IMG/VR virus record: IMGVR_UViG_3300021963_000040 | Span: 70,799-134,798 of that record | Strand: one strand, 5' to 3' | DNA from: a virus | Length of the DNA: 64,000 nucleotides | Shown: one piece after another, positions 38,638 to 48,775 of the stretch | How the letters are laid out: each line of letters begins with the position of its first letter | Numbering within the stretch: the first letter of the stretch is position 1 | Program-made: the position numbers and the translations under genes | Notes under the pieces: model-generated | Database searches by the model: none | What the model was told of the DNA's origin: nothing | What the model saw: the letters and a program-made list of their open reading frames with translations, nothing else

Positions 38638-39276
38638 ATGGTAAAAACAGAAAATATCCTCGGTCTGCCAATTGCAATAACATTAAGCCTTATGCTGATG
38701 TTGTCTGCTAGCTTTATTGGAACTCAAGGTTCTATGTTAGCAGGCTTTGATAGCTTTTTACAGAAAGCAGTAGTATCAATTATAACAAGTGATGCTACCG
38801 TTGCTGACCCTACAAAGCTAGATGCAATAGTTGATTTTAAGGGTGGACGTAAAGTCGACCAACGAGAATTGGCTTGTATGACCGATAACATTTACTATGA
38901 GGCCGCCACACAGAGTACGATGGGTAAGATTGCGGTAGGTCGAGTAGTGTTAAACAGGATTAAAGATCCTCGTTTTCCGAAGACTGTATGCGATGTAGTT
39001 TATCAAGGTACAGACAGAAAAAGTGGTGTACGTTTAAATGCAACAATGGGCTGTCAGTTTAGCTGGACATGCGACAATTCATTGAAGGCAAAAGTATACC
39101 CTGTCCAATATGAGGAAAGCAAGAAAGTTGCATACCAATTATTAGCGTTTAACAGTTTTAGCGACACCTTAAAAGGAGCGTTGTATTATCATGCAGATTA
39201 TATTAATCCCTTTTGGTCCAATAAATTAAAACCAGTTGCTAAGATTGATAATCACATTTTTTATGTAGAACGTTAA
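38638..39276 (+). CDS. Cell wall hydrolase (SleB/Hydrolase_2)
   Basis: NIYYEA, VVLNR, FPKTVCDVVYQ, CQFSW, YYHADY, HIFY. Confidence 0.9.
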   Translation: MVKTENILGLPIAITLSLMLMLSASFIGTQGSMLAGFDSFLQKAVVSIITSDATVADPTKLDAIVDFKGGRKVDQRELACMTDNIYYEAATQSTMGKIAVGRVVLNRIKDPRFPKTVCDVVYQGTDRKSGVRLNATMGCQFSWTCDNSLKAKVYPVQYEESKKVAYQLLAFNSFSDTLKGALYYHADYINPFWSNKLKPVAKIDNHIFYVER

Positions 39277-39286
39277 TGGGACAAAC

Positions 39287-39628
39287 ATGTTTGAATATAG
39301 AGCACGAGTATTACAGGTAGTAGATTCTACCACATTAGATTTAGAAATTGACTTGGGTTTCAAGTGTTACACAAAACAAAGAGTTAAACTGTGGGGTATT
39401 AAGTCAACAGATGAAACCGGCTCTATAGGAGCAGACAGGCTTAGAGATTTGGTTATGGACAAAGATGTTGTAATCCAAACCAAATTTTCTAGGCGCATTA
39501 AATTAGGGAGAGTGTTAGGTGTAATTTGGATATATGACAGTAAGTCAAAAACACTTAAAGGCAGTTGCATCAATGAACAATTGGTTAAAGAAAAACTAGC
39601 CAAAGAGTTTGAAAGTGTTGACCAGTAA
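39287..39628 (+). CDS. Thermonuclease (SNase)-like protein, degenerate active site
   Basis: YRARVLQVVDSTTLD...IDLGF...GRVLG...INEQLVKE. Confidence 0.7.
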   Translation: MFEYRARVLQVVDSTTLDLEIDLGFKCYTKQRVKLWGIKSTDETGSIGADRLRDLVMDKDVVIQTKFSRRIKLGRVLGVIWIYDSKSKTLKGSCINEQLVKEKLAKEFESVDQ

Positions 39629-39659
39629 TGTCATATATGTTATACTATAAATATAATTT

Positions 39660-41243
39660 ATGATTCTAGCTTGGTTACTTTTATTAACAGGTTTAACAAT
39701 CTCAGCGGTTGCAATTTACTATTCTGTAGTAGGTTTAACCGCTATTTTCTCTGCGGCAGTTATACCCATTATCATTATGGGTTCAGCCTTAGAAGTAGGT
39801 AAACTAGTCTGCGCCAGCTGGCTTAAAGCCAATTGGGAACGTGCTCCTCGATTTATAAAGTGGTACATGATAACCGCAGTGATGGTGCTTATGCTGATCA
39901 CCAGCATGGGTATCTTTGGTTTCTTATCAAAGGCACACAACGACCAAAACTTAGTCTCGGGTGATGTTCAAAGTAAGATAGCTATCTACGATGAAAAGAT
40001 TAAAACAGCAAAGGAAAATATCGATGCGAACCGTAAGGCGCTTAAACAGATGGATGAAGCTGTGGACCAAGTCATGGGCCGAAGCACAGATGAAAAAGGT
40101 GCAGACAAAGCGGTTGCGATTCGAAGAGCGCAACAAAGAGAACGTGCTCGTCTCCAATCTGAGATCACCGCCGAACAGAAAATTATTAGCCAACTATCTG
40201 AGGAAAGGGCGCCTATTGCCGCTGAGGTACGTAAGGTTGAAGCAGAAGTTGGTCCCATAAAGTATATTGCCAAATTCATCTATGGTGATAAAGGCGCAGA
40301 CGAGAACATGCTGGAAAAAGCAGTTACTTGGGTTATCATCTTAATTGTTATTGTGTTTGATCCTCTGGCTGTTATTATGTTGCTGGGCGCACAAATGACA
40401 TTTGGTTGGATGCGCGAACAAAAAGAAGAACAACAAGATTTAGATTATGAAATGCAAGAGTTTGAGCGAGAGTTAGAACAAAAACGTAAAGTCGCACAAG
40501 CACTAGATCGCCAAGAAGATATCCCGGGCGCAGATACGTTTGGTCCTGGTTTTATTGCACAAGAAGTTGCAGAAGTAGTACCAGAAGCTGTAGCAGTAGA
40601 CGACGAAATGCCTAGTTGCTATAAGTGCGGTACTACACTAGTTAATGCTCCGGGCATTGGACCATTTTGTCCTAACAAGAACTGTGACGTATTAGACAAG
40701 ACAGATCCAGATGCTGAGCCAATTACATTTACATATACGCCACCTGCAACATCTGCTTGGCCTTTCCCTGCGGCACAAGACCCTGCACCCATTGTTACAG
40801 AAGTAGTTGAAACAGGTAAGGTACTAGATGAAAAACCAAAAAAACAACGCAAGCCTCGCAAACAAAAAGTACAAGGCCCAATTGAAACTCAAACTGTACA
40901 AACAACAGACTCTGCTGGAGATCTAACAATAGAGTCTACAACAAACACACAACAGGCACAGACTACAGACATTTTAACCAAAGTTAAACCTGCTAGAGAT
41001 ATAGAAAAAGAACAACAGCAGGCCGCAGTTCTGGAAGCTATTATTGAATCTACCAGTCGTCAATCAGACGAACGACCAGGCGATTATGTAACACCCCCTG
41101 CCGACAATGTAGATACACCACGTACAGGAACACATGGCGCACCGTTGCCCGGTGATGAAATATATGCAAAACCTGATAGTGATGTTAAGTATCGTAACCG
41201 CCAGCGTACTGTTGGTGGCTGGTTTCCAGAAACTAAAAAATGA
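39660..41243 (+). CDS. Membrane protein with coiled coil and disordered tail
   Basis: N-terminal TMs, EVGPIKYIA, IVFDPLAV, CxxC..CPxxxC. Confidence 0.75.
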   Translation: MILAWLLLLTGLTISAVAIYYSVVGLTAIFSAAVIPIIIMGSALEVGKLVCASWLKANWERAPRFIKWYMITAVMVLMLITSMGIFGFLSKAHNDQNLVSGDVQSKIAIYDEKIKTAKENIDANRKALKQMDEAVDQVMGRSTDEKGADKAVAIRRAQQRERARLQSEITAEQKIISQLSEERAPIAAEVRKVEAEVGPIKYIAKFIYGDKGADENMLEKAVTWVIILIVIVFDPLAVIMLLGAQMTFGWMREQKEEQQDLDYEMQEFERELEQKRKVAQALDRQEDIPGADTFGPGFIAQEVAEVVPEAVAVDDEMPSCYKCGTTLVNAPGIGPFCPNKNCDVLDKTDPDAEPITFTYTPPATSAWPFPAAQDPAPIVTEVVETGKVLDEKPKKQRKPRKQKVQGPIETQTVQTTDSAGDLTIESTTNTQQAQTTDILTKVKPARDIEKEQQQAAVLEAIIESTSRQSDERPGDYVTPPADNVDTPRTGTHGAPLPGDEIYAKPDSDVKYRNRQRTVGGWFPETKK

Positions 41244-41665
41244 GTGACTCTTCATCTTACCTAATTACTCCGCCGAGTATATTTTTACCGCGCCGCGGAT
41301 TAACCTTTTCTTTGATTACTAGAAACTCTAAATGGGTTGAAAACTTTATGGAAATGGCTGAGGATAAATTTCCCGGTACAACTGTAACGTTCTTTTCTTC
41401 TCACGAAGATGCCGATTTAGAAAAATACGTTTGGACATTCCAGCATGCCACAATAGCAGATTTTGTTATTGTAGACATGGATTCAGCATCAGATACTGAT
41501 ATTAACATTGCTCTTATTGTTAGTAAAGGTAAACGTGTTTGGTGGGAATTTTCAGACGAAGATAGTTATGTAACCCTACAAACTATTCTTAATGTTTCAG
41601 GTGCAGGTCTAGTAGACAGCACAGAAGAATTTTTTGAAATGATCAGTGACTTAGACAACGTATGA
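41240..41665 (+). CDS. Hypothetical protein
   Basis: Coupled ORF. Confidence 0.65.
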   Translation: MSDSSSYLITPPSIFLPRRGLTFSLITRNSKWVENFMEMAEDKFPGTTVTFFSSHEDADLEKYVWTFQHATIADFVIVDMDSASDTDINIALIVSKGKRVWWEFSDEDSYVTLQTILNVSGAGLVDSTEEFFEMISDLDNV

Positions 41666-42894
41666 GTAAAAAAGAAGATACTTTAAGCTGTAGCTTTTGC
41701 GCCAAAGACCGCGAACAAGTTAAAAAAATGGTTGCAGGCCAAGATGTTTATATTTGTGACGAATGTATCGAACTTTGTTATCAAATACTAAAAGATGACA
41801 AACACGAAGAAGCCAAAGAACAAGGGCAAGTTAGCACCCCAAGGCAAATGAAAGAATTCTTAGATCAGTATGTTATTGGTCAAGAGTATTCTAAGTTTGT
41901 GCTGGCTGTGGCTGTTTATAATCACTATAAACGCATCAACAACATTAACTCAACTACGGAAATCGACAAGAGCAATGTCCTGTTAATTGGTCCTACTGGA
42001 TCCGGTAAGACACACCTAGCACGTACTATTGCTCGTATGTTAAATGTTCCATTTGCTATTGCAGATGCCACAAGTCTAACAGAATCAGGATATGTAGGCG
42101 ATGATGTAGAGCACGTTATACATCGTTTGTTAACCGCGGCAGGTAACGACATAACCAAAGCAGAACAGGGTATTGTTTACATTGATGAAATTGATAAAAA
42201 GGGTAAAAAAGGAGAAAGCACTTCAATTACTCGTGACGTATCAGGCGAAGGTGTACAACAAGCTCTGCTCAAACTAATTGAAGGTACAGAATGCCGTGTA
42301 CCAACAGGCGGTGGCCGCAGACATCCCGGTCAAGATGGCACTATTGTAAACACTAAAAATATTCTATTCATCTTAGGCGGAGCGTTTGTAGGCTTAGATG
42401 ATATTATTAATCGTCGTATTAACAAAGACAGTACTACTATTGGATTCAATACACGACTAGATACCAAGAAAGAATCTAAACTGAATCAAGTTGAACCGGA
42501 AGATATTGTTAAGTTTGGATTAATCCCAGAACTTGTGGGACGTATTCCGGTTGTTGCTACACTAACAGAACTAACAACAGACGAATTAGTTCGTACGTTA
42601 AGAGAACCAAAACACAGCATAGTAAGCCAGTTTGAAGAACTATTTAAATTAGATGGTGTAGATTTAGAAATTACCGACGACGCCGCACTAGCCATGGCCC
42701 AAGAGTGCATAGATAAAAAATTAGGGGCTCGAGGATTACGTGCTGTTATTGAAAGAACATTGCTTAAAACGCAATTTGAGTTACCAGAACTACGCGAACA
42801 AGGAGTTGTGCGTGTTACAGTAACTCCGGAAAGTGTTGCAGGTGCAACACCGATTTATCTTTACAAAGGAGAAGAGCAGTCTAACCATGTTTAA
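41662..42894 (+). CDS. clpX: ATP-dependent Clp protease ATP-binding subunit ClpX
   Basis: CSFC..ICDEC zinc finger, [31 protein letters not shown] loop, GARGLR. Confidence 0.96.
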   Translation: MSKKEDTLSCSFCAKDREQVKKMVAGQDVYICDECIELCYQILKDDKHEEAKEQGQVSTPRQMKEFLDQYVIGQEYSKFVLAVAVYNHYKRINNINSTTEIDKSNVLLIGPTGSGKTHLARTIARMLNVPFAIADATSLTESGYVGDDVEHVIHRLLTAAGNDITKAEQGIVYIDEIDKKGKKGESTSITRDVSGEGVQQALLKLIEGTECRVPTGGGRRHPGQDGTIVNTKNILFILGGAFVGLDDIINRRINKDSTTIGFNTRLDTKKESKLNQVEPEDIVKFGLIPELVGRIPVVATLTELTTDELVRTLREPKHSIVSQFEELFKLDGVDLEITDDAALAMAQECIDKKLGARGLRAVIERTLLKTQFELPELREQGVVRVTVTPESVAGATPIYLYKGEEQSNHV

Positions 42895-43465
42895 ACCTAA
42901 CTTTAAACAACGATCCAGAACCAACAGGCCAATGAGCCCCATGGATCAGTTAAAACAAAAATATCAAATCAACGAACAGATCACCAGTCATCAAGTTCGA
43001 GTGATTGATCAAGAAGGTAATCCATTGGGAATTATGAGTCGCAGTCAAGCACTTAATAATGCCCGAGACCAAGAAATGGATTTGGTTATGATTGTCCCTC
43101 AAGCACAACCACCGCTTTGCAAAATTATTGACTTTGGGAAATTTGCTTACAACGAGCAAAAGAAACTAAAAGAACAAGAACGTAAGCAAAGGGAAAGTCG
43201 TGTAGATGTAAAGGAAATGCAGTTCCGCCCTGCTATTGATGATCACGACTTTGAAGTCAAAGTTAAAAAAGTACGTGAGATTCTTGACGACGGAGATAAA
43301 TGTCGTATAGTTATACGTTTCCGTGGCAGGGAAATGCAAGACACTGGTAAGGGCTTTGAAATTATTAAAAAGATTACCGAACTGGTTGAGGGCTCTCAAA
43401 TTGAGGGTCGTGCAGAGCTCGCAGGCAATAGAGTATCAGCAATACTTATGAAAGGTAAAAAATGA
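42887..43465 (+). CDS. infC: Translation initiation factor IF-3
   Basis: INEQI..VRVI, PPLCKIIDFGKFAY, KEMQFRPAIDDHDFEVK, FRGRE. Confidence 0.93.
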   Translation: MFKPNFKQRSRTNRPMSPMDQLKQKYQINEQITSHQVRVIDQEGNPLGIMSRSQALNNARDQEMDLVMIVPQAQPPLCKIIDFGKFAYNEQKKLKEQERKQRESRVDVKEMQFRPAIDDHDFEVKVKKVREILDDGDKCRIVIRFRGREMQDTGKGFEIIKKITELVEGSQIEGRAELAGNRVSAILMKGKK

Positions 43466-43704
43466 AAGACCGTAACAAAGACAGAGCCTGTCGCGGTGTG
43501 CATGTTGTAGTTTGGAACGACAACGTTGAAAAAGCACTAAGAACTTTTAAGAAGAAAGTTGCCGATTTAGGTACATTAAAAACTCTACGTGATAAAGAGT
43601 TTTACGAAAAGCCAACTACTGTTCGTAAACGCAAAGCCGGCGCGGCCAAATCACGTTGGAAAAAATATCTACGCAGTCAACAACTTCCGCCAAAACTTTA
43701 TTAA
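43462..43704 (+). CDS. rpsU: Ribosomal protein bS21
   Basis: VEKALRTFKKKV...EFYEKPTTVRKRK. Confidence 0.92.
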   Translation: MKDRNKDRACRGVHVVVWNDNVEKALRTFKKKVADLGTLKTLRDKEFYEKPTTVRKRKAGAAKSRWKKYLRSQQLPPKLY

Positions 43705-43793
43705 CTATTGACTTAATGATAGAATTCTGTTATAAATATATTTGTAGGACGCCATAAGGGTTCTACTTAAACTCGCTTAATAAGGAGAAATTT

Positions 43794-44234
43794 ATGAACG
43801 CATTAACTCGTTTTGATACAAACGCCCTAGCTCAATTGAACAGAGCACTTGTTGGGTTCGATCGTATGTTTGATAACTTTGAAGTACGACTCGGACAGCA
43901 TACCAACAACTATCCACCTCACAATGTTGTAAAAACAGGCGAAGATACTTACCGTATTGAAGTTGCTGTTGCAGGATTCACTATGGAAGAAATCGATGTA
44001 GAGGTAGACAACAATGAGCTGATCATCAAAGGGCAAATCAAACGTTCCGATGATGCCAGCTACGAATATCTACATCGTGGTCTAGCACGTCGTGACTTTG
44101 AGCGTAGATTTACTTTGGTAGACTACATTGAAGTTAATGGTGCTAGCATTAGCAATGGTATTCTAAACGTTGAACTCAAACGTGTAGTACCAGATGCAAT
44201 GAAACCACGCAAGATTGCAATTTCTGCATCTTGA
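43794..44234 (+). CDS. Small heat-shock protein Hsp20 (IbpA-like)
   Basis: GFDRMF, NYPPHNV, AVAGF, YLHRGLARRDF, NGIL. Confidence 0.93.
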   Translation: MNALTRFDTNALAQLNRALVGFDRMFDNFEVRLGQHTNNYPPHNVVKTGEDTYRIEVAVAGFTMEEIDVEVDNNELIIKGQIKRSDDASYEYLHRGLARRDFERRFTLVDYIEVNGASISNGILNVELKRVVPDAMKPRKIAISAS

Positions 44235-44274
44235 TAAACCAGGGGAGGAAACTCCCCTACTATTAAATAATATT

Positions 44275-44577
44275 ATGGCCAAGACAGAAACCGCAATCAA
44301 AGAACGTTCAGTTACTAAAGTTAAAAAACCTAGTATGTTTAAGGTTATCTTTAATAACGATAACAAGACTCCCATGGACTTTGTTGTAGAAGTTCTAATG
44401 ATAATTTTCCGCCATGACCAAAAATCTGCAGAACATATTACACTAGAAATACACAATAAAGGCAAAGGCGTAGCAGGTGTTTATACTTACGAAATTGCCG
44501 AACAGAAAACCGTTGAAACAACAGCCGCCGCACGTCAGAACGGGTTCCCACTAACAGTTAGTGTCGAACCAGAATAA
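44275..44577 (+). CDS. clpS: Clp protease adaptor ClpS
   Basis: KVIFNNDNKTPMDFVV, IHNKGKGVAGVYTYEIAEQK, GFPL. Confidence 0.92.
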   Translation: MAKTETAIKERSVTKVKKPSMFKVIFNNDNKTPMDFVVEVLMIIFRHDQKSAEHITLEIHNKGKGVAGVYTYEIAEQKTVETTAAARQNGFPLTVSVEPE

Positions 44578-44590
44578 CTCCCAATAAATT

Positions 44591-45715
44591 ATGCGTATCC
44601 TAGAAGATATCAAGTTAGATTTCCGCGACGTTTTAATCTTACCAAAACGTAGCACACTAGCAAGCCGCCGCGAAGTTGATCTTCACAGAAATTTTGTATT
44701 CCGAAACAGCGGAGAAGGCTATCAAGGTATACCAATCATGGCCGCCAATATGGATGGCGTAGGTACATTCGAAATGGCAGAAGCTCTTGCAGAACAAGGT
44801 ATGTTTACTTGTATACGCAAGCAATATACAGTTCAAGAATGGACTGATTGGTACAATTATATTAAAGAAAATAACGCCAACTACCGGGCTATAATTTCCG
44901 ACAATATTGCTATTAGTACAGGAACTAGTGAATCAGACTTTGAAAAATTAAAAGCAATTACAGATAGTATCCCTGGCATTCGATTTATCTGCATCGACAT
45001 CGCCAATGGATATTCGGAACATTTTGGCGATTATGTAGCAAAAGTACGCAGTAAGTTCTTTAATAAAGTTATCATTGCCGGTAATGTAGTAACCGGAGAT
45101 ATGACACAAGAACTAATTTTACGTGGTGCGGATATTGTTAAAGTGGGGATCGGGCCTGGCTCTGTTTGTACTACTCGTGTGCAAACTGGAGTAGGCTATC
45201 CACAACTTAGTGCTATTATTGAATGCGCCGATGCCGCTCACGGGCTTAACGGACAAATCATTGCTGATGGCGGCTGTACTTGTCCCGGTGATGTTGCCAA
45301 GGCTTTTGGCGCCGGCGCAGACTTTGTAATGCTAGGCGGTATGCTAGCAGGACACGTTGAAGGTGGCGGCGAAATTATTCAAAAATTATACGAAACAAAT
45401 GAATTTGGACCAATGGATCAAGGTGACCATGCACCTTCAAAGAAAATTGAAGTTAAAAAGTTTGTGCAGTTTTATGGCATGAGTTCAGATACCGCTATGG
45501 GCAAGCACTCGGGCGGAGTAGCAGAATATCGTAGCAGTGAGGGTCGTACGGTCACAGTACCATATCGTGGTGCAGTAAAGTCTACTGTACTAGACTTTCT
45601 AGGCGGTCTGCGTAGTACCTGCACTTATGTAGGAGCCCCTACCCTAAAACAACTGCCAAAATGTACTACTTTTGTACGGGTAAATCGGCAGATCAATGAC
45701 GTATTTCTTGGTTGA
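44591..45715 (+). CDS. guaC: GMP reductase
   Basis: [34 protein letters not shown]; no CBS domains. Confidence 0.93.
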   Translation: MRILEDIKLDFRDVLILPKRSTLASRREVDLHRNFVFRNSGEGYQGIPIMAANMDGVGTFEMAEALAEQGMFTCIRKQYTVQEWTDWYNYIKENNANYRAIISDNIAISTGTSESDFEKLKAITDSIPGIRFICIDIANGYSEHFGDYVAKVRSKFFNKVIIAGNVVTGDMTQELILRGADIVKVGIGPGSVCTTRVQTGVGYPQLSAIIECADAAHGLNGQIIADGGCTCPGDVAKAFGAGADFVMLGGMLAGHVEGGGEIIQKLYETNEFGPMDQGDHAPSKKIEVKKFVQFYGMSSDTAMGKHSGGVAEYRSSEGRTVTVPYRGAVKSTVLDFLGGLRSTCTYVGAPTLKQLPKCTTFVRVNRQINDVFLG

Positions 45716-45740
45716 CAAATAATTCAATATTTGCTATAAT
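45712..45740 (+). promoter_or_regulatory. Strong early sigma70 promoter (near-identical copies at about 46398 and 46744)
   Basis: TTGACAAATAATTCAATATTTGCTATAAT with extended -10. Confidence 0.85.
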
Positions 45741-45764
45741 ACACAAATTAGTAAGGAGATCTTA

Positions 45765-46100
45765 ATGGAAGCAATCCGTGAAGTTACAGTTTGGAAAGGC
45801 ACAAAAACCCAACCAAATCATACGTACCTAATGGACGGTAGTCGTGCCGTTGCTTATGTTAAGTGGAATAAGGGCGAGCCATTTTATTTTAAAAATCCCT
45901 TGCCCTTGGACAAGCGAGGACGAAAGTTTGTCGCTGGCGACATCAAGTTGTTTAAAGCCCTAAAAGTAAAAACTAATACTATTCAAGTACAGGGTTCAAA
46001 AGGTAATACTTATACTGTAGACCCTGATGCTAAAACCTGTACTTGCCCTGGCTTTACTTACAGGGGAGCTTGTAAGCATATTTCAGAATTAGTTAAATAA
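45765..46100 (+). CDS. SWIM zinc-finger protein
   Basis: CTCPGF..RGACKH. Confidence 0.8.
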   Translation: MEAIREVTVWKGTKTQPNHTYLMDGSRAVAYVKWNKGEPFYFKNPLPLDKRGRKFVAGDIKLFKALKVKTNTIQVQGSKGNTYTVDPDAKTCTCPGFTYRGACKHISELVK

Positions 46101-46105
46101 TACTA

Positions 46106-46390
46106 ATGTATACGAAGTTAGATCTATTCAGAAAACCGGTCGTTTCGTTCGACCCGGAAAATAAAACCCATAGACGATACTGGGCTATGTTTTTAAAACA
46201 GCAAAGTTGGACAAACATTCCGGTTAGATTTGCAGTTACAGAAAATGTACACGATATAATAGTTATGGTTAATCGTATATTAGCAGAATATTATATAAGC
46301 AAAGAATTCAAAACAATCATGTTCCCCCAGGAACAGCCCGTGGCAAAAAAGCCACAAAAATCATCCAAAAAATCCCCCAAAAAATCCTGA
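46106..46390 (+). CDS. Hypothetical protein
   Basis: 94 aa ORF. Confidence 0.65.
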   Translation: MYTKLDLFRKPVVSFDPENKTHRRYWAMFLKQQSWTNIPVRFAVTENVHDIIVMVNRILAEYYISKEFKTIMFPQEQPVAKKPQKSSKKSPKKS

Positions 46391-46456
46391 AAAACAGTTG
46401 ACCAAAAAATCCAATTTTGCTATAATACTTGTATTGTAATTAAAAAGGAGTTGGCA

Positions 46457-46705
46457 ATGACTACTAACGCAGACCTTTTTGTTAATGCCCTCAAGGGCTG
46501 GCAATTCAATCGCGATCGTCACGGTAGCCTGTTTGATCGCGGTTCAGCCGACAGCTATTACGGCCGAGCCCCTGACCCCCATTATGGTGGTGTCGGCGGT
46601 GATTCGGGCAATCGCGTCGAAGACCTTACTGCCGATGAAGTAGCAGAATACCAAGCGGGCTTTGACTATAACGAGCAATTTGGCAATAAAAAGAGCTGGG
46701 ATTAA
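46457..46705 (+). CDS. Hypothetical early protein
   Basis: FDRGSADSYYGR motif; own promoter. Confidence 0.75.
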   Translation: MTTNADLFVNALKGWQFNRDRHGSLFDRGSADSYYGRAPDPHYGGVGGDSGNRVEDLTADEVAEYQAGFDYNEQFGNKKSWD

Positions 46706-46803
46706 ACTAGTACTTTTGTTGTATTTTTGCAACAATATTTTGGTTGACAAATAATTCAATTTTTGCTATAATATACACATAAGTTAGGAATTCAGGACAA
46801 CAA

Positions 46804-47130
46804 ATGGCACGTATCCGCAAAGCACGTTCAGACCGCAATCATGCAATCTATGTGATCACTTGTGTGACCACTGGAGAGCAGTATATCGGCCTGACTGTGG
46901 TTTCCGGTGGTGTTAAGAAGGCTCTTAAAGTTCGTATCCAAAAGCACGTTCGCCGAGCTGTTACTGAAAACCGTGACTGGACTTTGTGCCGTGCTATTCG
47001 CGAACAAGGTGTTGAGAACTTTACATATGGTTTGATTGATGTTGTGCGTGGCAAACAAGCCGCACACGATCTAGAGCAAGCATTAGTAAAGGCACATCAA
47101 CCGGTGCTGAATACTTTCTACATTCAATAA
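46804..47130 (+). CDS. GIY-YIG-like protein
   Basis: AIYVITC..TGEQYIGLT...R...E...LN. Confidence 0.7.
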   Translation: MARIRKARSDRNHAIYVITCVTTGEQYIGLTVVSGGVKKALKVRIQKHVRRAVTENRDWTLCRAIREQGVENFTYGLIDVVRGKQAAHDLEQALVKAHQPVLNTFYIQ

Positions 47131-47148
47131 GGGCAGTTAAATATATGT

Positions 47149-47379
47149 ATGCGATACGACATTATGGTAGCAGTAAAAACATTCTGCTACACGGGTCTAG
47201 GTTTAATACTTCATTTAACTACCCCTTTAACTTTATTAGATTGGCCTTTTTGGGCAATTATTCTGCTGGCATCAATCATTGATGTCATGTCAGGATGGAT
47301 CGAAATAGACAAAATCATCAACGCTCTCCCCGAGGAACTACATAATGTCGCAACCCACTCGAGTCAAAAAGACAGTTAA
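47149..47379 (+). CDS. Small membrane protein
   Basis: Two hydrophobic segments. Confidence 0.55.
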   Translation: MRYDIMVAVKTFCYTGLGLILHLTTPLTLLDWPFWAIILLASIIDVMSGWIEIDKIINALPEELHNVATHSSQKDS

Positions 47380-48040
47380 TCTAGATCTTGCATTTAGTTC
47401 TGCGGCCGCGGCACACCGTATCAACAACGGTCGTTATATTAACATGGACTCAAAGCGGTCCGAAGACAAAACCAATAAAGAAATTATGACATTGGTTCTC
47501 AAGGGTGAACTTGAGCTAACTGATGCTGACCGCGAGCAAGGCGAAAAAATTCGCGCACATTATAACGGCCTGTTGTTCAAAAAGCTCGTGGGCAAACTAA
47601 ACGGCTTTGAACAAACCATTGCAGAACTTCTAGACAAAGAAGACATTCCTGAATTCAAGCTAGGCGTTATTGCGGCACTTCCCAGCGGCTATGCCCGCGA
47701 AACCAAAAAAGAATCTATTTACGATACTATTATTTCCTGCGCCGGTAATAGTCAGCATCTTACCCGTACACCCAAAGCACAAGAAATGGTAATTCGGGTC
47801 GTTGACTTTGTAGAATTGAAGTTGTATAATTGTTTTACAGTAACAGCAGTAACTGATCAAGGTAACTTGATTGGTTTTTATATGAAAACAAATCCCAAAA
47901 TTTTGGGCACAGAATTTACTCGTATACGTGCTAGGGTAAAAGGGCATAGTCAATATAAAGGCAATGTACCTATCACGTATCTTAATTATGTTAAACCCTT
48001 GGACATTGAAATAAAGGAAGACTTATGTACTGATCAATAA
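47345..48040 (+). CDS. Hypothetical protein
   Basis: 231 aa; GAGG SD. Confidence 0.7.
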   Translation: MSQPTRVKKTVNLDLAFSSAAAAHRINNGRYINMDSKRSEDKTNKEIMTLVLKGELELTDADREQGEKIRAHYNGLLFKKLVGKLNGFEQTIAELLDKEDIPEFKLGVIAALPSGYARETKKESIYDTIISCAGNSQHLTRTPKAQEMVIRVVDFVELKLYNCFTVTAVTDQGNLIGFYMKTNPKILGTEFTRIRARVKGHSQYKGNVPITYLNYVKPLDIEIKEDLCTDQ

Positions 48041-48095
48041 AATAATTTATTTGATTTTTATTCTGAATTTATTTTAATTTTTTAAGGAGAACATA

Positions 48096-48290
48096 ATGTT
48101 CATCATTTATCGTCAAACTAAACAACCTAAAGAAACCTTTACAGCCGAGGACGCTTATCGCGGTCCGGCTTGTGCATACGCCGGTGTAGAGCCCGGGCAG
48201 GTCTATGAAGACCGCAAAGAAGCGGAGGTCGACGCAAGTTGGCTATTCCGTTCTAGCTCTAGCACTTACAAAGTAGTCGAAGTGCAATGA
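48096..48290 (+). CDS. Hypothetical protein
   Basis: AAGGAG SD. Confidence 0.65.
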   Translation: MFIIYRQTKQPKETFTAEDAYRGPACAYAGVEPGQVYEDRKEAEVDASWLFRSSSSTYKVVEVQ

Positions 48291-48688
48291 GTTACTTTTA
48301 CGGCAAAGTCGGGCAAAGTCTGAGCCGTTGTGTCCGGGACATCCTTAAGGGTGAAGTAGACATTAACGATGTCCTGGTCATTATTACTCGCACCCGTATC
48401 CAGGATAAAGCACAGTTGCGCGAAGTGATGGACGAATATCGTTATCGCAGTTCAGAGCATAGCCTAGGCGAGTTTGAACTAGATGATATTATGGTCGTTA
48501 CTGAAGCATTGTGGGATGCCGGTAAAGTACATCAACCTAGACTACAGGGAGCAGATCCTTGGGGTCCTGGTGCAGTACTCAGCGACGAAGTGTGGTTAGA
48601 TGTAGTACCCACACCTAAATTTGCCAGTGCTACAGCACTAGAAGCTTACAAGCATTACGAAATGTTGCGTAAGCTAGCAGGCGATTAA
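48287..48688 (+). CDS. Hypothetical phage protein
   Basis: SLSRCVRDI...GKVHQPR. Confidence 0.7.
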   Translation: MSYFYGKVGQSLSRCVRDILKGEVDINDVLVIITRTRIQDKAQLREVMDEYRYRSSEHSLGEFELDDIMVVTEALWDAGKVHQPRLQGADPWGPGAVLSDEVWLDVVPTPKFASATALEAYKHYEMLRKLAGD

Positions 48689-48693
48689 GATCA

Positions 48694-48770
48694 GGGCCTA
48701 TAGCTCAGTTGGTTAGAGCAGGCGACTCATAATCGCTTGGTCACAGGTTCGAGTCCTGTTGGGCCCACCA
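48694..48770 (+). tRNA. tRNA-Ile2 (CAU, lysidine type) rather than Met
   Basis: GGGCCTA...GGCGA-CTCATAA-TCGCT...GGGCCCACCA; anticodon arm matches the ileX type. Confidence 0.85.
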
Positions 48771-48775
48771 TAATT

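Noticed and set aside
44591-45715. IMP dehydrogenase (guaB)
   Set aside because: ANMDGVG/IANGYSE motifs, length and absence of CBS domains fit GMP reductase
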